From Candidatus Omnitrophota bacterium (GTDB lineage: Bacteria; Omnitrophota; Gorgyraeia; Duberdicusellales; 4484-171), in the NCBI GenBank assembly GCA_018826075.1, contig JAHKAJ010000024.1:145694-209693 (forward strand): DNA of 64,000 bases. The letters run 5' to 3'. Every line of letters begins with the position of its first letter. Positions within the stretch are counted from its first letter, which is position 1. The notes under the pieces were generated by a model. The model did no database searches. It was not told where the DNA came from and saw nothing but the letters and a program-made list of their open reading frames with translations. The translations under genes and the position numbers were made by a program. This document shows positions 8,389 to 18,332 of the stretch, piece by piece.

Positions 8389-9313
8389 AACTTTTAACAA
8401 GCATGGCTTCGGTAGCCTGTAAAACTTCCCCTGGGTCTATCTTCATATACTCAAGACGAGCCTGGTAATCTTTCTCTTTAAGGTCAGCTTGCAGTATATC
8501 TTTTCTAGTCAAGACCGAAAAATTTTCTGACCAGGGACCATATCGCTTGGGATTGCTTGGCCCGAAAAGGGCGACTATCGGTAGCTGGAGATAACTGCCC
8601 AAGTGCATAATGCTTGAATCAACGCATAAAAGTAAACGGGCATAATTTTTAAGTAAAAAATAAACCTCATCCATCTGAGTCTTTCCCACCAGGTCAACAA
8701 CTCCCGACAACGACAAAATATCCTTATAGAAAACGCGTTCCTCGGTAAGCCCGAGAATGGCCAAACAATACTTTTTACTCAATGGCTCAATAACCCGGCG
8801 CAAGTATTCGTAAGGATACTGTTTAAGACGCTCTTTAGAAGCGCAAGCCACGAATATCGATGGTTTTAAGTTTAGGCTGCGGTATTTTTCTGACTGCTCC
8901 TCGCTTAATAAAAATTGGCTGGCTGATTCAGCCGGCCGGGGGGCGATTTTATCGATCAACTCTAAATATTCATCCTTGATATGTTGGGTTTTAGGCCAAT
9001 AGCGCAAGGATGATGTTTTCCGTTTAACTCCCAGGACAAAAGGAAGCAGAGTATTTTTTAGATCAGCCATTACTGTATATTTCCCCCTTAAACTTAAAGC
9101 AAAATTTAGTTTTTGTTTAAACGACCAGGTTTTATCAAAAACCACTACCTCATCAAGACAATTGTTCTTAAGGAGAAAGTCTTTAGTTTTTGAAGAAACG
9201 ATTGCGGTGATTCTTGCCTGCGGGTAATTTGTTTTCAGGCGGTCCAGGACCGGCAAGCCGATAATCGCATCGCCCAAGTTAGTAGGAAAATTTATCAGGA
9301 TATCTTCAGACAT
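8381..9313 (-). CDS. GT9 glycosyltransferase (divergent heptosyltransferase)
   Basis: NLGDAIIGLP, DLVGKT, VDSSIMHL, ALFGPSNPKRYGP. Confidence 0.82.
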   Translation of the reverse strand: MSEDILINFPTNLGDAIIGLPVLDRLKTNYPQARITAIVSSKTKDFLLKNNCLDEVVVFDKTWSFKQKLNFALSLRGKYTVMADLKNTLLPFVLGVKRKTSSLRYWPKTQHIKDEYLELIDKIAPRPAESASQFLLSEEQSEKYRSLNLKPSIFVACASKERLKQYPYEYLRRVIEPLSKKYCLAILGLTEERVFYKDILSLSGVVDLVGKTQMDEVYFLLKNYARLLLCVDSSIMHLGSYLQLPIVALFGPSNPKRYGPWSENFSVLTRKDILQADLKEKDYQARLEYMKIDPGEVLQATEAMLVKSYE

Positions 9314-10316
9314 CTTCAATCCGTTTTTTGATCAGATTTATGACTTCTTCAACAGTAATACTGCTCAGGCAGCGATTATCCCGGCAATCAACCTGATAAC
9401 AGGGTATCGGACAGACTGAATCCTTCTGGATGACTACAACTTTTTCGCCGCGCGGCCCAGTTACTTCTTTAGCGGTCGGCCCGAATAAAACTATAGTTAA
9501 AACTCCTAAACCAGCCGCTAAGTGGGCTGGGCCGGAATCATTGGAAATAAAAATCCGGCTGTTGGTCATCAAAGCGCCAAGCTGTTTAAGGTTGGTGGTT
9601 CCCGAGAAATCATAGGCTTTACCTTCCATCCTGGAAATAACTTCCTGAATGACTTTTTTTTCTTTTTCGGTCCCGATAAAAACAACTGCGGCCTTATATT
9701 GTTTAATTAAAAAATCAGCCAGGCGGCTAAAATTAGCAGCCGGCCAGCGTTTAGGTTGCCAGTTTGCCGAAGGGTTTATCCCAACAATGAAACTGTGGTT
9801 TTGCCTTAAGGGGGCCAACCTCAAGGTTAGCTCATCCTGGACTGACGGCGGTATAAAAAAATCAGGATTTTTTTTATTTATTTCTATGCCTTGAGCCTCA
9901 AATAAGTTTAAATAATAATCCTGGCGGTGAATTGGTAAACTTTCAGGCGAAACCATCTCGGTTAAAACTAAATAATTCTTGAGGCGCCGGTAGCCGATGC
10001 GCGTTTTCATGCCGGCTAAACAACAGATCAAAGCCCTAGTGAATGAACGATGGATAAGAAATACCGTGTCAAAGTTTCTTTTTTTCAAAAACCGGATAAA
10101 TCTCAATTTAGCGATCAGTGACTTTTGTTCACCTTTTTCATCAAAAACAATCACCTCGTCGATGTAAGGATTATCCTGGAAAACCCCCTGGACCCTTAAA
10201 GGAGCCATTACCGCCAAGTAAGCCGAAGGTATTTTATCCTTGATCGCCCGGAAAACCGGCGTAGCCATAAGTGCATCGCCCAGCCAGTTTACGGTCACTA
10301 CTAAAATCCGTTTCAT
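9306..10316 (-). CDS. waaF: LPS heptosyltransferase II (GT9)
   Basis: RILVVTVNWLGDALMATP, KRWP, ISNDSGPAHLAA, LFGPT. Confidence 0.8.
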   Translation of the reverse strand: MKRILVVTVNWLGDALMATPVFRAIKDKIPSAYLAVMAPLRVQGVFQDNPYIDEVIVFDEKGEQKSLIAKLRFIRFLKKRNFDTVFLIHRSFTRALICCLAGMKTRIGYRRLKNYLVLTEMVSPESLPIHRQDYYLNLFEAQGIEINKKNPDFFIPPSVQDELTLRLAPLRQNHSFIVGINPSANWQPKRWPAANFSRLADFLIKQYKAAVVFIGTEKEKKVIQEVISRMEGKAYDFSGTTNLKQLGALMTNSRIFISNDSGPAHLAAGLGVLTIVLFGPTAKEVTGPRGEKVVVIQKDSVCPIPCYQVDCRDNRCLSSITVEEVINLIKKRIEDV

Positions 10317-11081
10317 TTAATAGGGTTTTTTGGGTTTTCGCAAGGCATTATAAAAACCGCTTAGTTTAGCCCAAAGATTTATACCCAGGTCGCGGTTGGT
10401 AATCTTAATTCTTCTTAACGCAAAGCGATCAAGATTTTTGGACAAACCTCTATTGGTAGTACAAGCACAGAGATAGCCAGAAGCCTCCACTTCTTTCAAA
10501 GTTTCCTGATCGTAACCACCCATAGTATAAGACATCGTTTCGACATTCCGGGAAAATAAGTTTTCCAAAACTATTTTTGAGTTTCCGACTTCATAGCTAA
10601 GTTCTCGGCCTTTCAAACCAGGAAGATAAGCTTCAGTTATGGTGTGGGAACCGATGCTGATTTTGGGATTTCTTAGGGCTTGGCTGATTTCGGCTCTGGA
10701 TAAATAACCGGGAGAGTTTAATTTATCCACAATAATAAAAAAAGTAGCCGGAAGATCAAGCTCAGCCAATATCGGGAAAGCTACCAAATTATCGCCATGT
10801 CCGTCATCAAAAGTTAAAACTATAGTTTTTCTGAAAAGCCGGCGGCCGTCTTTTAATGCTTGGCAATAATCCCTGAGACTGATCACTTTATATCGGTGTT
10901 TAGCGATATATTCCATCTGCTTTGAAAAAACTTTCGGGTCAACGGCCACGTAGCTATCGACCCGAGCAGCATCAAGCGAATGATACATTAAGATCGGAGT
11001 TTCATAATTCAGGTTGAGATAAACGTAAAAAGAAAGAAACATGGCTAAAAAAATAACAATCAGGACAAGGATCTTTTTCAT
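10317..11081 (-). CDS. Polysaccharide deacetylase (NodB/PgaB-like) with N-terminal membrane anchor
   Basis: PILMYH, VLTFDDG, ATFF, IGSHT. Confidence 0.85.
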   Translation of the reverse strand: MKKILVLIVIFLAMFLSFYVYLNLNYETPILMYHSLDAARVDSYVAVDPKVFSKQMEYIAKHRYKVISLRDYCQALKDGRRLFRKTIVLTFDDGHGDNLVAFPILAELDLPATFFIIVDKLNSPGYLSRAEISQALRNPKISIGSHTITEAYLPGLKGRELSYEVGNSKIVLENLFSRNVETMSYTMGGYDQETLKEVEASGYLCACTTNRGLSKNLDRFALRRIKITNRDLGINLWAKLSGFYNALRKPKKPY

Positions 11082-12151
11082 TCAAGGATCTCCTGGTGTA
11101 CTTTTAAGGTTTCCAAAGCCATTTGAGTCAAGGAAAATTGGAAAACATCTTCGGCGGCAGCAGTAACGATTTTTTCCCGCAGAGAGTCATCAGACATGAC
11201 CTCCTCGATCGCCGCGGCCAAAGCATAGGGTTCATAATTGTAAAATAAAATCCCATTTTCCCGGCTGCGGATGATTTCCGGAATTCCTCCGGTGCAATAA
11301 CCGATAACCGGGACTTTTTTAGCAAAAGCTTCGATTACCGAATAACCAAAACCTTCCTTAGCTGATGGGACTATCAATAAATCGATCAAATCAAGAAACT
11401 GTCCTGGCGGCAATACTAAAAACCGTACCTGCTGGCCCAAATTTTCAGCCGCCAGGAGTTTTTCCAACTTTTCTTTCAGCTTTCCTTCTCCGGAAATTAC
11501 TAGATAAATATTTTTGTAACGGTCCAGGAGTTTTTTCATTGCTTCTACGGCCAGAAAATGGCCCTTTTCCTGAGAAACTCTGCCGAGGATCCCGATCAGA
11601 AAATCTCCGGCTGAAAAACCCTGGTCTTGTTTACGGCATTGGCCGGGAAAAAACTCATCAAGATCGACCCCGTTGTAAACCACCCGGATCTTCTTTTCCG
11701 AAATCCATAGATCCCGAATCAGGTGGCGCCTGACTTTTTTGCTGACCGCGATTGATAAAACTCCTGAAAAGGGAAAAAATCTTCTAAACAGGCCGGGCCG
11801 GTAAAAACCGTGATAAACCGAAAGATAAGGAACTTTTAAAAAACAATAGATCAATCCCCCTAAAAATTGAGTCACCCGGGTGTTACTATGGACAATATCG
11901 ATTTTCTCCTCAAGGATCATTTTCTTAATAAACAAAAAAGAAACCCAAACTTTCATGCTGGCAATTGATTTTGTTTTTATCGGGATAGTTTTATGTACTG
12001 CCCCGGAATTTTCCAGGATTTCTACCCAGTCGCCGCCGCTGGAAGCTACCAAAACCCGATGGCCCTGCTTGATCAATCCCTTGGACAAATTTAAAACATA
12101 GCGGGAAATTCCACCGGGATTCAGATGCGTAGCTAAAATCAATACGTTCAT
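11078..12151 (-). CDS. GT4 glycosyltransferase
   Basis: GGISRY, VVYNGVD, GRVSQEKG, EGFGYSVIEA, GGIPEI. Confidence 0.9.
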   Translation of the reverse strand: MNVLILATHLNPGGISRYVLNLSKGLIKQGHRVLVASSGGDWVEILENSGAVHKTIPIKTKSIASMKVWVSFLFIKKMILEEKIDIVHSNTRVTQFLGGLIYCFLKVPYLSVYHGFYRPGLFRRFFPFSGVLSIAVSKKVRRHLIRDLWISEKKIRVVYNGVDLDEFFPGQCRKQDQGFSAGDFLIGILGRVSQEKGHFLAVEAMKKLLDRYKNIYLVISGEGKLKEKLEKLLAAENLGQQVRFLVLPPGQFLDLIDLLIVPSAKEGFGYSVIEAFAKKVPVIGYCTGGIPEIIRSRENGILFYNYEPYALAAAIEEVMSDDSLREKIVTAAAEDVFQFSLTQMALETLKVHQEILE

Positions 12152-14205
12152 TATTTCAATATTTCCTTAATCTTGTTAAAAACTGCCTGAGGGGTTATTT
12201 TTCCCAGACAAAGACTTTGGTCAGAAAACTTACATTTTGGTTTATAACAAAAAGAACAGGGCAGATTTTCGGAAAATACAGTAAGACTAGGGTCAGGAAC
12301 TGTGTGCCGTTTAGGGTCAGTCGGCCCAAAAAGAGCGATCACCTTAAGGCCCAGGCTTTGAGCCAGGTGCAAAGTAGCTGTATCTGGAGTAATAAAAATC
12401 TTAAGTTTAGCTAAAACTCCTGCTATTTCCCCCAGGGCAGTCTTACCGCAAAGATTGATCAGACGCAAACCGGCTGATTTTTCAATCGCTTCAGCCACTA
12501 TCTTCGCTGCCGGTTCACCGATCAGAACGACCTTTGCCTCCGGGAGATTTTTCTGAATCAAATTTACTAAATGTTTTATCTGATCGGGAGACCAGTTTTT
12601 AGAACTCCAGCGGGCAGAAGCCGACAGATTTATTCCGATTAATTCTCCTTGCTCAAGCAGGCCTTTAGCTGGCTCTTTACGTTCCCAAAAAACCAGTTTT
12701 TTCTCGCTGATCCTGACTCCCAACAATTGCAGGATCTTTTCCTGCGAATCGAGTGGTCCTATTTTTCGATCATAGGCAATACTCTTAGTCAAAAGCCTTC
12801 CCCAACGCAGACGATAGCCGAAAGAAAAACGGCTAAAACTCAGGAAAGCTATCAGGTGTGAGCTGCGGTTATTTTGTAAATCAATAATATAATCAAAACT
12901 CGCCCGGCGTAAAGCTTTGGAAATCTTATTAATATTGCCTATTCTCTTATAACCGTCATCCATAGCGACAATTTCGTCAATATACGGGCAATCGCATAAA
13001 AAAGAATAGTATTTCTTTAAAGTCAAAAGGGTGATTTTGGCCTGCGGATACGCCTCACGTAACGCCTTCAAAGAAGGTAAGCTTAAAATAATATCCCCCA
13101 GGGAAGAAAACTTGATCACCAGAATATTTAGACTCTCGATCGTTTCCTGATAAACTTTCTTAGTTAAATCCAAACAGTACTGAAGATTATAGCTCTGCTC
13201 GACTTTGCGACGGGCCTTAAGGGTCAATTCAGTGGCATATTGGGGATTTTTTATTATTTTTAGCATAGCTTCGGCAATGCCGCCAGGATTTTTAGGCTCG
13301 ACCAAAATCCCATCCTTACCGTTTTCGATTATTTCTTTAAAACCTCCGAGATTACTGGCAATCACCGGAACCCCACAGGCAAAGCCTTCGATAGCCACCC
13401 TGCCGAAAGACTCCTCGATCACCGAAGGAGCAACTAAGATCCGGGCATCGCTTAAAACATTCTCCACGTCTTTATGGAAACCGCAAAATTCAACATTGTA
13501 ATTCAGGGAAAAACGCCGAACCATACTTTTTAAATAATCCAAATAACGTAATTTTGACTTGTCGGCTGAACCGATTATTTTCAATTTAAAATAGGGATTA
13601 AACCTTACTACTTTTTTAAACGCCTCAATTAAAAATTCATAACCCTTAGTCGGCGAAATCCGGCCCATACTGACGATCAGATTACTCTCCTGGCGTTTAG
13701 AGTAATCACGAAAAGTAAACTTATCCAAATCCACCCAACGCTGGACAATCCTGATCTTTTTTTCAGGAACTCCAAAACTATCCTTCATGTGCCGAGCCAC
13801 CAGTTTGGAAGGACAAATCACGTATTTACCCCAACCCATGACCTCGCTGGAAAGCGGGCTCTTATAAACTCCGTGGGCAGTAGTGACAAACTGAGTATTC
13901 GTTTTACGGGTTGCAAAAAAACTCAGCCAGGCCGGCACCCGGCTGCGGGCATGGACAATATCGATATTTTCCTTAGCAATAATCGCTTTCAGGCTTTTGA
14001 TATGCAACAAGCTTAAAGGTGACTTACGGTGTACGGCAAGCTGGTAATGCTTGATCCCCAATTTTTCCAATTCTTCAGTAAGCCGGCCGCCGGAACTGAC
14101 TACGATATTTTCAATACCCCGGGATTTAAAAAACTTGACCAAGTCCATAACCCCTCTCTCGGTACCGCCGATATTCATAGCCGGAAGGATCTGCATTACC
14201 CTCAT
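12151..14205 (-). CDS. Fused GT4 + GT9 glycosyltransferase
   Basis: N-terminal half GGTERG, GRISPTKG, ESFGRVAIE; C-terminal half ILVIKFSSLGDIIL, SKNWS, DTATLHLA, LFGPTDP. Confidence 0.88.
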   Translation of the reverse strand: MRVMQILPAMNIGGTERGVMDLVKFFKSRGIENIVVSSGGRLTEELEKLGIKHYQLAVHRKSPLSLLHIKSLKAIIAKENIDIVHARSRVPAWLSFFATRKTNTQFVTTAHGVYKSPLSSEVMGWGKYVICPSKLVARHMKDSFGVPEKKIRIVQRWVDLDKFTFRDYSKRQESNLIVSMGRISPTKGYEFLIEAFKKVVRFNPYFKLKIIGSADKSKLRYLDYLKSMVRRFSLNYNVEFCGFHKDVENVLSDARILVAPSVIEESFGRVAIEGFACGVPVIASNLGGFKEIIENGKDGILVEPKNPGGIAEAMLKIIKNPQYATELTLKARRKVEQSYNLQYCLDLTKKVYQETIESLNILVIKFSSLGDIILSLPSLKALREAYPQAKITLLTLKKYYSFLCDCPYIDEIVAMDDGYKRIGNINKISKALRRASFDYIIDLQNNRSSHLIAFLSFSRFSFGYRLRWGRLLTKSIAYDRKIGPLDSQEKILQLLGVRISEKKLVFWERKEPAKGLLEQGELIGINLSASARWSSKNWSPDQIKHLVNLIQKNLPEAKVVLIGEPAAKIVAEAIEKSAGLRLINLCGKTALGEIAGVLAKLKIFITPDTATLHLAQSLGLKVIALFGPTDPKRHTVPDPSLTVFSENLPCSFCYKPKCKFSDQSLCLGKITPQAVFNKIKEILK

Positions 14206-14207
14206 AG

Positions 14208-16013
14208 TTAAATTAGCTCCTCTATGGCTTTACCAACCTTTTCTTTATTCTTAGCAAAAATCTGGCAAGAACGTAAAACGATCGACTCAAAATCATAGGG
14301 TTTTTCTAAAAAACTGACTTCATTGCCTATCGATTCAAGAAATACCTTATGTTTGTCGCCTTCCTGGCCTAAGCTGACACAAACTGTCGATGGATTAATG
14401 GCTATACTTTCGGAAATCATCGAAATGCTGTCAGTGGTAATAAAAGCTACTTCAGCCAAAGCCACAAACCCTTCAAAAACAAAATCAAAATTTTGCCGGT
14501 TGGCCAAAACACAAGCTGCAGTTTGCTTAAAATCCTTAAGTTCTTTTTCGATCAACTTCTCGGCCGCAGGCGGCGTGCGCCGCGAGCTGCTCAAGAGTAT
14601 TTGATAATTATTTTTTTCGGCAAAGTCTTTTACTTTGGAAATAAAAACTTTTAGGTTTTCAAAAAATTCCTGTTTATTCAGTAATGGCCCGCCGATAAAA
14701 AATGAAATCTTTTTACCTTCGGGCAGGCCGAAAAGATCTTTGCATTGGCTTATTTTTTCTTCCAAATTTTCCGGATAACAAAGAGCACCTTTGATCGCGA
14801 CAGCCCGGGGCCCGGGAATCCGGTCATGTTCAGGAATAACCGCTAAGTCAAATTTTCGCAACGGTACATTCGGCCGTAAGATAACCACTGATTTTGCGCC
14901 CAAATAAGAAGCCAATAATTTATTTGCCGGTGCGGCAATGCTGCCGGCACTGATCACTAAATCAGCACAAACGCTATCCAGAGCCCGCCAGGTTTTCTTA
15001 TCTACCACCCAGGAAAGCAGTCTTCCTGAAAATAAACAGTGACGGCTAACGCAGGTTGCAAAAAGGTCAGCCAAAAAACGGTGGAATTGACTACGATATC
15101 TGATTTCGATGGTCCGGCTGCGGATCAGCTTCTTTCTTTCCGACAATAACCGCAACAGCGAACGCGATTGTTTAAAGTGGCCGAGTTTTCGATCGGTCAG
15201 GATCACGATATCACGGTTCAATTTACGTTTAAAACGTTTGTAATACCAAAAATATTCCCAGGGATACTTCCTTAAATAATCTTCGTAAATCTTATTCAAC
15301 GACTGAAGGATCTCTTCGTCGCTCTTTCCCGAAGGGTCTATCGGCTTTCCGATCTCGCTGACGTGATGAGTCAGGTTTTTCCGGTAACAAAAATCCGGAT
15401 ATATTTTTTTATTGAATTTTTTTGCCAGGTAGACCGAACCGCGCGGAGTAGGGACTAAATGCGAGAAAAACTCGACTACTGGTGCGTCTTTTTCAGCGCC
15501 ATGATCGATGACTATGCCGATCAAGTGATCGTTCTTTAAATAACGGATCAACTCCTTGATCGAAAAAACCACATTGATCTTTCCCTCGACCCTCACTTCG
15601 TTTAAAAACCGGTCGAGTTCCTTGTTTTTCTGTTCCTTGGCGAAAATAGCAAAAGTCCGGCGATGGGCAAAAAGAGATATCGCAGTTTCCCAATTACCGG
15701 CATGGATCCCGACAAAAATCCCGCCGTCGGGAGTGATGTTTTCTTCCCCCTTGATAGTCACAAAGGGATAGATCCTCGGTGCGATAAGGTTTTCAATGAC
15801 ATCCAAAACCAGGTAATGGAAACTTCGCTTCAAAATAGCGTGCAGTTCCTGATAAGACTTTTCAGGAAAAGCCAGCTTAATGTTGCGGAAAGCCACCCGG
15901 CGCTTACGGCGATGATAATAAAAAATCAGCCCGATAAACTTTGCCAAAGCATAGATGACCCAAAAAGGAGCTTTAAGCAACATTCGCTGAAGTAACTTAC
16001 AAAAATTATACAT
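14208..16013 (-). CDS. Fused lipid A late acyltransferase (LpxL/HtrB family) + ELM1/GtrOC1-like domain
   Basis: N-terminal HAGNWE, IVIDH, PWEYFWYYKRFK; C-terminal ILTDRKLGHFKQS, DLVISAG, FDLAVIPEHD, SSSRRTP, TTDSISMISE. Confidence 0.8.
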   Translation of the reverse strand: MYNFCKLLQRMLLKAPFWVIYALAKFIGLIFYYHRRKRRVAFRNIKLAFPEKSYQELHAILKRSFHYLVLDVIENLIAPRIYPFVTIKGEENITPDGGIFVGIHAGNWETAISLFAHRRTFAIFAKEQKNKELDRFLNEVRVEGKINVVFSIKELIRYLKNDHLIGIVIDHGAEKDAPVVEFFSHLVPTPRGSVYLAKKFNKKIYPDFCYRKNLTHHVSEIGKPIDPSGKSDEEILQSLNKIYEDYLRKYPWEYFWYYKRFKRKLNRDIVILTDRKLGHFKQSRSLLRLLSERKKLIRSRTIEIRYRSQFHRFLADLFATCVSRHCLFSGRLLSWVVDKKTWRALDSVCADLVISAGSIAAPANKLLASYLGAKSVVILRPNVPLRKFDLAVIPEHDRIPGPRAVAIKGALCYPENLEEKISQCKDLFGLPEGKKISFFIGGPLLNKQEFFENLKVFISKVKDFAEKNNYQILLSSSRRTPPAAEKLIEKELKDFKQTAACVLANRQNFDFVFEGFVALAEVAFITTDSISMISESIAINPSTVCVSLGQEGDKHKVFLESIGNEVSFLEKPYDFESIVLRSCQIFAKNKEKVGKAIEELI

Positions 16014-16018
16014 CGTAG

Positions 16019-17038
16019 TTATAGTTTTCCGGCTAACTTAGTTTGTAAAACTTCAATAAAGCCTTTACTATTTTCGATCTCGACAGTTATTTCCATGACT
16101 ATGATATTCAAACGTTTTTCTCCTAAAGGAAAATGATATTTGTCTTTAGCGGTAATTATCAGATCGGAAATCCCCGCTGACAACAATCCATCCTCTAACT
16201 TAAGGTATTCGGCAGCCTTCAACTGGTAATGATCAGGGTAGACGATTTTACGGGAAATATCCAGCCCAGATTGCTGCAACTTGTTGAAAAATCCCTCCGG
16301 GTATCCGATGGCGGTAAAAGCAGCTGTTTCTTTACCCTTAAGCCAGTTTAGGTCAACCGGGTTGGCCGCTAAATCAAAAAACCCTTTAACTTGATAACCG
16401 GAAAAAAACAACCGACTTTGCGGTGAAAACTTATTGATCAAGTCCGAAATCTGCGCCCGGTCGAAGAGCTCATCAGAGTAGTTGACTACGATGATGTCGG
16501 CTCGCTTAAGCGAACTTAAAGGTTCCCGAAAAATCCAAGCCGGTATCAGCCGGGGTTTATTCCTAAATTCACGCGCGCCCATGACCACCAAATCAACGGT
16601 CCTCTTTAAACGGCGGTATTGAAATCCATCGTCAAGAATAAACAATTCAAAATCAGAGTCCAGTTTCCTGGCTAAGCCCAAACGGTCAGGCGAAGAAAAA
16701 ACTTTAGAACCGGCCTCTAGGAGCAGTTTTCCTTCATCTTCACCGTAACCCCGCCGCAAAATCGCGGTTTTAAACTGTTGGCAAAATTGCTCTCTTAACC
16801 AGATGACTAAAGAAGTCTTTCCCGAACCGGCCCAGGAAATATTGCCCACACTGATAACTTTACTTTGAGCCCACCAGGACGGAAAGATTCCCCAATCGTA
16901 AAAAAAGTTGCGCAAGTAAACTGCCAGCCAGTAAAGCCCGGAAAGAAGACAAAGAAAACCGTAGGCGATCCGCCGGGGAAGATTTCTTGGATTGGCTTCC
17001 AGTAAGTTAAGATAGCTCTGTTTTATTCTAAGCATCAT
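16019..17038 (-). CDS. lpxK: Tetraacyldisaccharide 4'-kinase
   Basis: VISVGNISWAGSGKT, RRGYG, ILDDGFQY, REPLSSLKRAD, YPDHY, ITAKD. Confidence 0.9.
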   Translation of the reverse strand: MMLRIKQSYLNLLEANPRNLPRRIAYGFLCLLSGLYWLAVYLRNFFYDWGIFPSWWAQSKVISVGNISWAGSGKTSLVIWLREQFCQQFKTAILRRGYGEDEGKLLLEAGSKVFSSPDRLGLARKLDSDFELFILDDGFQYRRLKRTVDLVVMGAREFRNKPRLIPAWIFREPLSSLKRADIIVVNYSDELFDRAQISDLINKFSPQSRLFFSGYQVKGFFDLAANPVDLNWLKGKETAAFTAIGYPEGFFNKLQQSGLDISRKIVYPDHYQLKAAEYLKLEDGLLSAGISDLIITAKDKYHFPLGEKRLNIIVMEITVEIENSKGFIEVLQTKLAGKL

Positions 17039-18332
17039 GAGTGCTTTTTTTTAACGACTGTAAAACTATTCCTAAGTTCTTCTCCAGGCTTTTCCTTTCC
17101 TGCTGAAAAACTTCCTGGCATTTATGGTTTAGATTCTTACGTAATGCCTCATCCTTGACCAGGCGCATCAACGCCTGGCGTAATTCCTGGCGGTCAGCTA
17201 CTTTAAGCCCGGCGCCTTTTTCCAGGACTACTTCTTCGACATCCAAAAAATTATCCATATGCGGCCCGAAAATCGTGGGTTTACCAAAATAAATCGGCTC
17301 CAGAATATTATGCCCACCGTTGGCTGAAAGGCTTCCACCGACAAAACAAATATCAGCCAGGCCGTAAAAATAGATCAACTCTCCGATCGTATCCAGGATA
17401 AAAACGATCTTTCGCTTTTTAGTGATGTCTTCAGAAAAATATTCCGGCACCTGGCTGATCTTAAACGGTAGAAAACCTTTGGAGCGGATGAGCCGGGCAA
17501 CCTGGTTTACTCTTTCCGGATGCCGGGGAGCGATCAGGAATTTAAAATCACCCGAAGATTCTGTAATATCCTGATAAACTTGAAGCAGGATTTCCTCCTC
17601 GGCCGGATGGGTGCAACCGGCAACAAAAAGAAGGCTCCCCCCAGGCTTAAGCACCGGTTCATAACTATTCTTGATCGTTAAAGCTATCTGCTGGTCGATT
17701 ATAATACTTTCAAATTTCATGTTGCCGCTGACGATGATCTTTTCTTTATCAGCCCCCAGGTAAGTAAAACGCTTTTTATACATCTGGTTTTGAACCGCAA
17801 TATAATCGCATTTATTGATTATTTTGGCCAGAAACGGTTTGATCAACTTGTAACGCTTAAAAGCCCGGTCAGAGATCCTGCCGTTAATGATCAGGATCGG
17901 TATCTTCTTTTTTTGCAGCTGGGAAAAAAGATTCGGCCAAATCTCAGTTTCCACGGCAATAAAGATTATCGGTCGGAAAACTTTTATAAAATGCCTCACG
18001 ATCCAGGATGTATCCAGGGGGAAAAATACGATTTGCGCGCAATGAGAATATTTTTGCCGGGCGACTTTGTTGCCGGTCAAAGTAGTAGTTGAGATCACAA
18101 TCGGTGCAAGGTAGTTTTCTTTGATCTTACGGATCAAATTTCCAATCGCATTAGCCTCGCCTACGCTGACTACCTGGATCCAGATAACTTCTTTACCGAC
18201 GGTATTTTTTATCCAACCCAATTTCTGGCCTAAAGCTTTCAAAGTTGTTTTCCGGCGCCAGATATAAACCGGTAAATAGGCCAGAAACCCTAAAAAAAAC
18301 AAACAATCATATAAAAAAAGTAAGATCTTCAT
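17028..18332 (-). CDS. waaA: Kdo transferase
   Basis: IWIQVVSVGE, TTTLTG, PLD, ETEIWPN, NGRISD, APRHPER, DTIGEL, GGHNILEP. Confidence 0.93.
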   Translation of the reverse strand: MKILLFLYDCLFFLGFLAYLPVYIWRRKTTLKALGQKLGWIKNTVGKEVIWIQVVSVGEANAIGNLIRKIKENYLAPIVISTTTLTGNKVARQKYSHCAQIVFFPLDTSWIVRHFIKVFRPIIFIAVETEIWPNLFSQLQKKKIPILIINGRISDRAFKRYKLIKPFLAKIINKCDYIAVQNQMYKKRFTYLGADKEKIIVSGNMKFESIIIDQQIALTIKNSYEPVLKPGGSLLFVAGCTHPAEEEILLQVYQDITESSGDFKFLIAPRHPERVNQVARLIRSKGFLPFKISQVPEYFSEDITKKRKIVFILDTIGELIYFYGLADICFVGGSLSANGGHNILEPIYFGKPTIFGPHMDNFLDVEEVVLEKGAGLKVADRQELRQALMRLVKDEALRKNLNHKCQEVFQQERKSLEKNLGIVLQSLKKSTHDA

